54,828 nucleotides of DNA from Nemertoderma westbladi (lineage: Eukaryota > Animalia > Xenacoelomorpha). The stretch lies in assembly GCA_032718475.1 (NCBI GenBank), contig JAUCBJ010000386.1, positions 1-54,828 on the forward strand. The letters are read 5' to 3'. The translations under genes were made by a program, and so were the position numbers. This document shows positions 50,901 through 54,828 of the stretch, one piece after another; the stretch's first letter is position 1, and every line of letters starts with the position of its first letter. The notes under the pieces were generated by a model that made no database searches, was not told the DNA's origin, and worked only from the letters and a program-made list of their open reading frames with translations.

Positions 50901-53900
50901 TTCCTACCGTGGTCACTACTGAATGATACCGGGTTTCTACCGTGTTCACTACTGAATGATACTGGGTTCCTACCGTGGTCACTACTGAATGATACCGGGT
51001 TTCTACCGTGTTCACTACTGAATGATACCGGGTTTCTACCGTGTTCACTACTGAATGATACTGGGTTCCTACCGTGTTCACTACTGAATGATACTGGGTT
51101 CCTACCGTGGTCACTACTGAATGATACTGGGTTCCTACCGTGGTCACTACTGAATGATACCGGGTTTCTACCGTGTTCACTACTGAATGATACTGGGTTC
51201 CTACCGTGTTCACTACTGAATGATACTGGGTTCCTACCGTGGTCACTACTGAATGATACTGGGTTCCTACCGTGTTCACTACTGAATGATACTGTGTTCC
51301 TACCGTGTTCACTGCTGTACTGAATGATACTGGGTTCATACCGTGTTCACTACTGAGTGATACTGGGTTCCTACCGTGGTCACTACTGAATGATACTGGG
51401 TTCCTACCGTGGTCACTACTGAATGATACTGGGTTCCTACCGTGTTCACTACTGTACTGAATGATAATGGGTTCCTACCGTGTTCACTACTGAATGATAC
51501 TGGGTTCCTACCGTGGTCACTACTGAATGATACTGGGTTTCTACCGTGGTCACTACTGAATGATACTGGGTTCCTACCGTGTTCACTACTGAATGATACT
51601 GGGTTCCTACCGTGGTCACTACTGTACTGAATGATACTGGGTTTCTACCGTGTTCACTACTGAATGATACTGGGTTCCTACCGTGGTCACTACTGTACTG
51701 AATGATACTGGGTTCCTACCGTGTTCACTACTGAATGATACTGGGTTCCTACCGTGGTCACTACGCTGAATGATACTGGGTTCCTACCGTGTTCACTACT
51801 GAATGATACTGGGTTCCTACCGTGGTTCACTACTGAATGATACTGGGTTTCTACCGTGTTCACTACTGAATGATACTGGGTTCCTACCGTGTTCACTACT
51901 GAATGATACTGGGTTCCTACCGTGGTCACTACTGAATGATACCGGGTTTCTACCGTGTTCACTACTGAATGATACTGGGTTCCTACCGTGTTCACTACTG
52001 AATGATACTGGGTTCCTACCGTGGTCACTACTGAATGATACCGGGTTTCTACCGTGTTCACTACTGAATGATACTGGGTTCCTACCGTGTTCACTACTGA
52101 ATGATACTGGGTTCCTACCGTGGTCACTACTGAATGATAGTGGGTTCCTACCGTGGTCACTACTGAATGATACCGGGTTTCTACCGTGTTCACTACTGAA
52201 TGATACTGGGTTCCTACCGTGGTCACTACTGAATGATACCGGGTTTCTACCGTGTTCACTACTGAATGATACCGGGTTTCTACCGTGTTCACTACTGAAT
52301 GATACTGGGTTCCTACCGTGTTCACTACTGAATGATACTGGGTTCCTACCGTGGTCACTACTGAATGATACTGGGTTCCTACCGTGGTCACTACTGAATG
52401 ATACCGGGTTTCTACCGTGTTCACTACTGAATGATACTGGGTTCCTACCGTGTTCACTACTGAATGATACTGGGTTCCTACCGTGGTCACTACTGAATGA
52501 TACTGGGTTCCTACCGTGTTCACTACTGAATGATACTGTGTTCCTACCGTGTTCACTGCTGTACTGAATGATACTGGGTTCCTACCGTGGTCACTACTGA
52601 ATGATACTGGGTTCCTACCGTGGTCACTACTGAATGATACCGGGTTTCTACCGTGTTCACTACTGAATGATACTGGGTTCCTACCGTGTTCACTAATGAG
52701 TGATACTGGGTTCCTACCGTGGTCACTACTGAATGATACTGGGTTCCTACCGTGGTCACTACTGAATGATACTGGGTTCCTACCGTGTTCACTACTGTAC
52801 TGAATGATAATGGGTTCCTACCGTGGTCACTACTGAATGATACTGGGTTCCTACCGTGGTCACTACTGAATGATACCGGGTTTCTACCGTGTTCACTACT
52901 GAATGATACTGGGTTCCTACCGTGGTCACCACTGAATGATACTGGGTTCCTACCGTGGTCACTACTGAATCATACTGGGTTCCTACCGTGGTCACTACTG
53001 AATGATACTGGGTTCCTACCGTGTTCACTACTGAATGATACTGGGTTCCTACCGTGGTCACTACTGAATGATACTGGGTTCCTACCGTGTTCACTACTGA
53101 ATGATACTGGGTTCCTACCGTGGTCACTAGTGAATGATACTGGGTTCCTACCGTGTTCACTACTGAATGATACTGGGTTCCTACCGTGGTCACTACTGAA
53201 TGATACTGGGTTTCTACCGTGTTCACTACTGAATGATACTGGGTTCCTACCGTGTTCACTACTGAATGATACTGGGTTCCTACCGTGGTCACTACTGAAT
53301 GATACCGGGTTTCTACCGTGTTCACTACTGAATGATACTGGGTTCCTACCGTGTTCACTACTGAATGATACTGGGTTCCTACCGTGGTCACTACTGAATG
53401 ATACCGGGTTTCTACCGTGTCCACTACTGAATGATACTGGGTTCCTACCGTGTTCACTACTGAATGATACCGGGTTCCTACCGTGGTCACTACTGAATGA
53501 TAGTGGGTTCCTACCGTGGTCACTACTGAATGATACCGGGTTCCTACCGTGTTCACTACTGAATGATACTGGGTTCCTACCGTGGTCACTACTGAATGAT
53601 ACCGGGTTTCTACCGTGTTCACTACTGAATGATACCGGGTTTCTACCGTGTTCACTACTGAATGATACTGGGTTCCTACCGTGTTCACTACTGAATGATA
53701 CTGGGTTCCTACCGTGGTCACTACTGAATGATACTGGGTTCCTACCGTGGTCACTACTGAATGATACCGGGTTTCTACCGTGTTCACTACTGAATGATAC
53801 TGGGTTCCTACCGTGTTCACTACTGAATGATACTGGGTTCCTACCGTGGTCACTACTGAATGATACTGGGTTCCTACCGTGTTCACTACTGAATGATACT

Positions 53901-54828
53901 GGGTTCCTACCGTGTTCACGCGTACTGAATGATACTGGGTTCCTACCGTGTTCACTACTGAGTGATACTGGGTTCCTACCGTGGTCACTACTGAATGATA
54001 CTGGGTTCCTACCGTGGTCACTACTGAATGATACTGGGTTCCTACCGTGTTCACTACTGTACTGAATGATACTGGGTTCCTACCGTGGTCACTACTGAAT
54101 GATACTGGGTTCCTACCGTGGTCACTACTGAATGATACTGGGTTCCTACCGTGGTCACTACTGAATGATACTGGGTTCCTACCGTGTTCACTACTGAATG
54201 ATACTGGGTTCCTACCGTGGTCACTACTGAATGATACTGGGTTCCTACCGTGGTCACTACTGAATGATACTGGGTTCCTACCGTGGTCACTACTGAATGA
54301 TACTGGGTTCCTACCGTGGTCACTACTGAATGATACTGGGTTCCTACCGTGGTCACTACTGAATGATACTGGGTTCCTACCGTGGTTCACTACTGAATGA
54401 TACTGGGTTCCTACCGTGGTCACTACTGAATGATACTGGGTTCCTACCGTGGTCACTACTGAATGATACTGGGTTCCTACCGTGTTCACTACTGAATGAT
54501 ACTGGGTTCCTACCGTGGTCACTACTGAATGATACCGGGTTTCTACCGTGTTCACTACTGAATGATACTGGGTTCCTACCGTGTTCACTACTGAATGATA
54601 CTGGGTTCCTACCGTGGTCACTACTGAATGATAGTGGGTTCCTACCGTGGTCACTACTGAATGATACCGGGTTTCTACCGTGTTCACTACTGAATGATAC
54701 TGGGTTCCTACCGTGGTCACTACTGAATGATACCGGGTTTCTACCGTGTTCACTACTGAATGATACCGGGTTTCTACCGTGTTCACTACTGAATGATACT
54801 GGGTTCCTACCGTGTTCACTACTGAATG
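47983..54828. repeat. 33-bp tandem array B with 38-bp variants (~205 units, runs off the window)
   Basis: Unit actgaatgataYtgggttYctaccgtgKtcact; unrelated in sequence to array A; minus strand reads GTGAACACG|GTAGGAACCCAGTATCATTCAGTA. Confidence 0.98.

Noticed and set aside
48305-54819. LLNDTGFLPWS repeat ORFs as a leucine-rich protein
   Set aside because: Translation of the 33-bp satellite, repeatedly broken by 38-bp variants.

Overview
Eukaryotic (probably invertebrate animal) genomic DNA, about 75% tandem repeat. Hidden on the minus strand are six phase-compatible GT-AG exons (47696->17418, 1024 nt, ~341 aa) of an unidentified repeated-domain protein. Its introns are inflated by four minisatellite arrays (72, 30, 33 and 33 bp units). 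Three of these look like tandem amplifications of the gene's own splice junctions: the 72-mer is a 3' splice site plus exon start, one 33-mer is a 5' splice site, and the second 33-mer is inferred to be one. The 30-mer grew out of a LINE reverse-transcriptase fragment. A very young 7.5-kb LTR element (3599-11095, 5-bp TSD) sits in the 72-bp array. It encodes only a Gag-like protein, has no tRNA-type PBS but a PBS complementary to its own LTR (candidate self-priming), and carries ~37 short co-varying hairpins where pol would be. Also present: a decayed RTE-like LINE with a 166-bp flanking duplication that copies an exon end and donor site, a CORE-like SINE, and a TTAA-flanked Kolobok-like MITE. 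The giant ORFs in the track are repeat artefacts. All coordinates and counts are by hand; no database search was possible.
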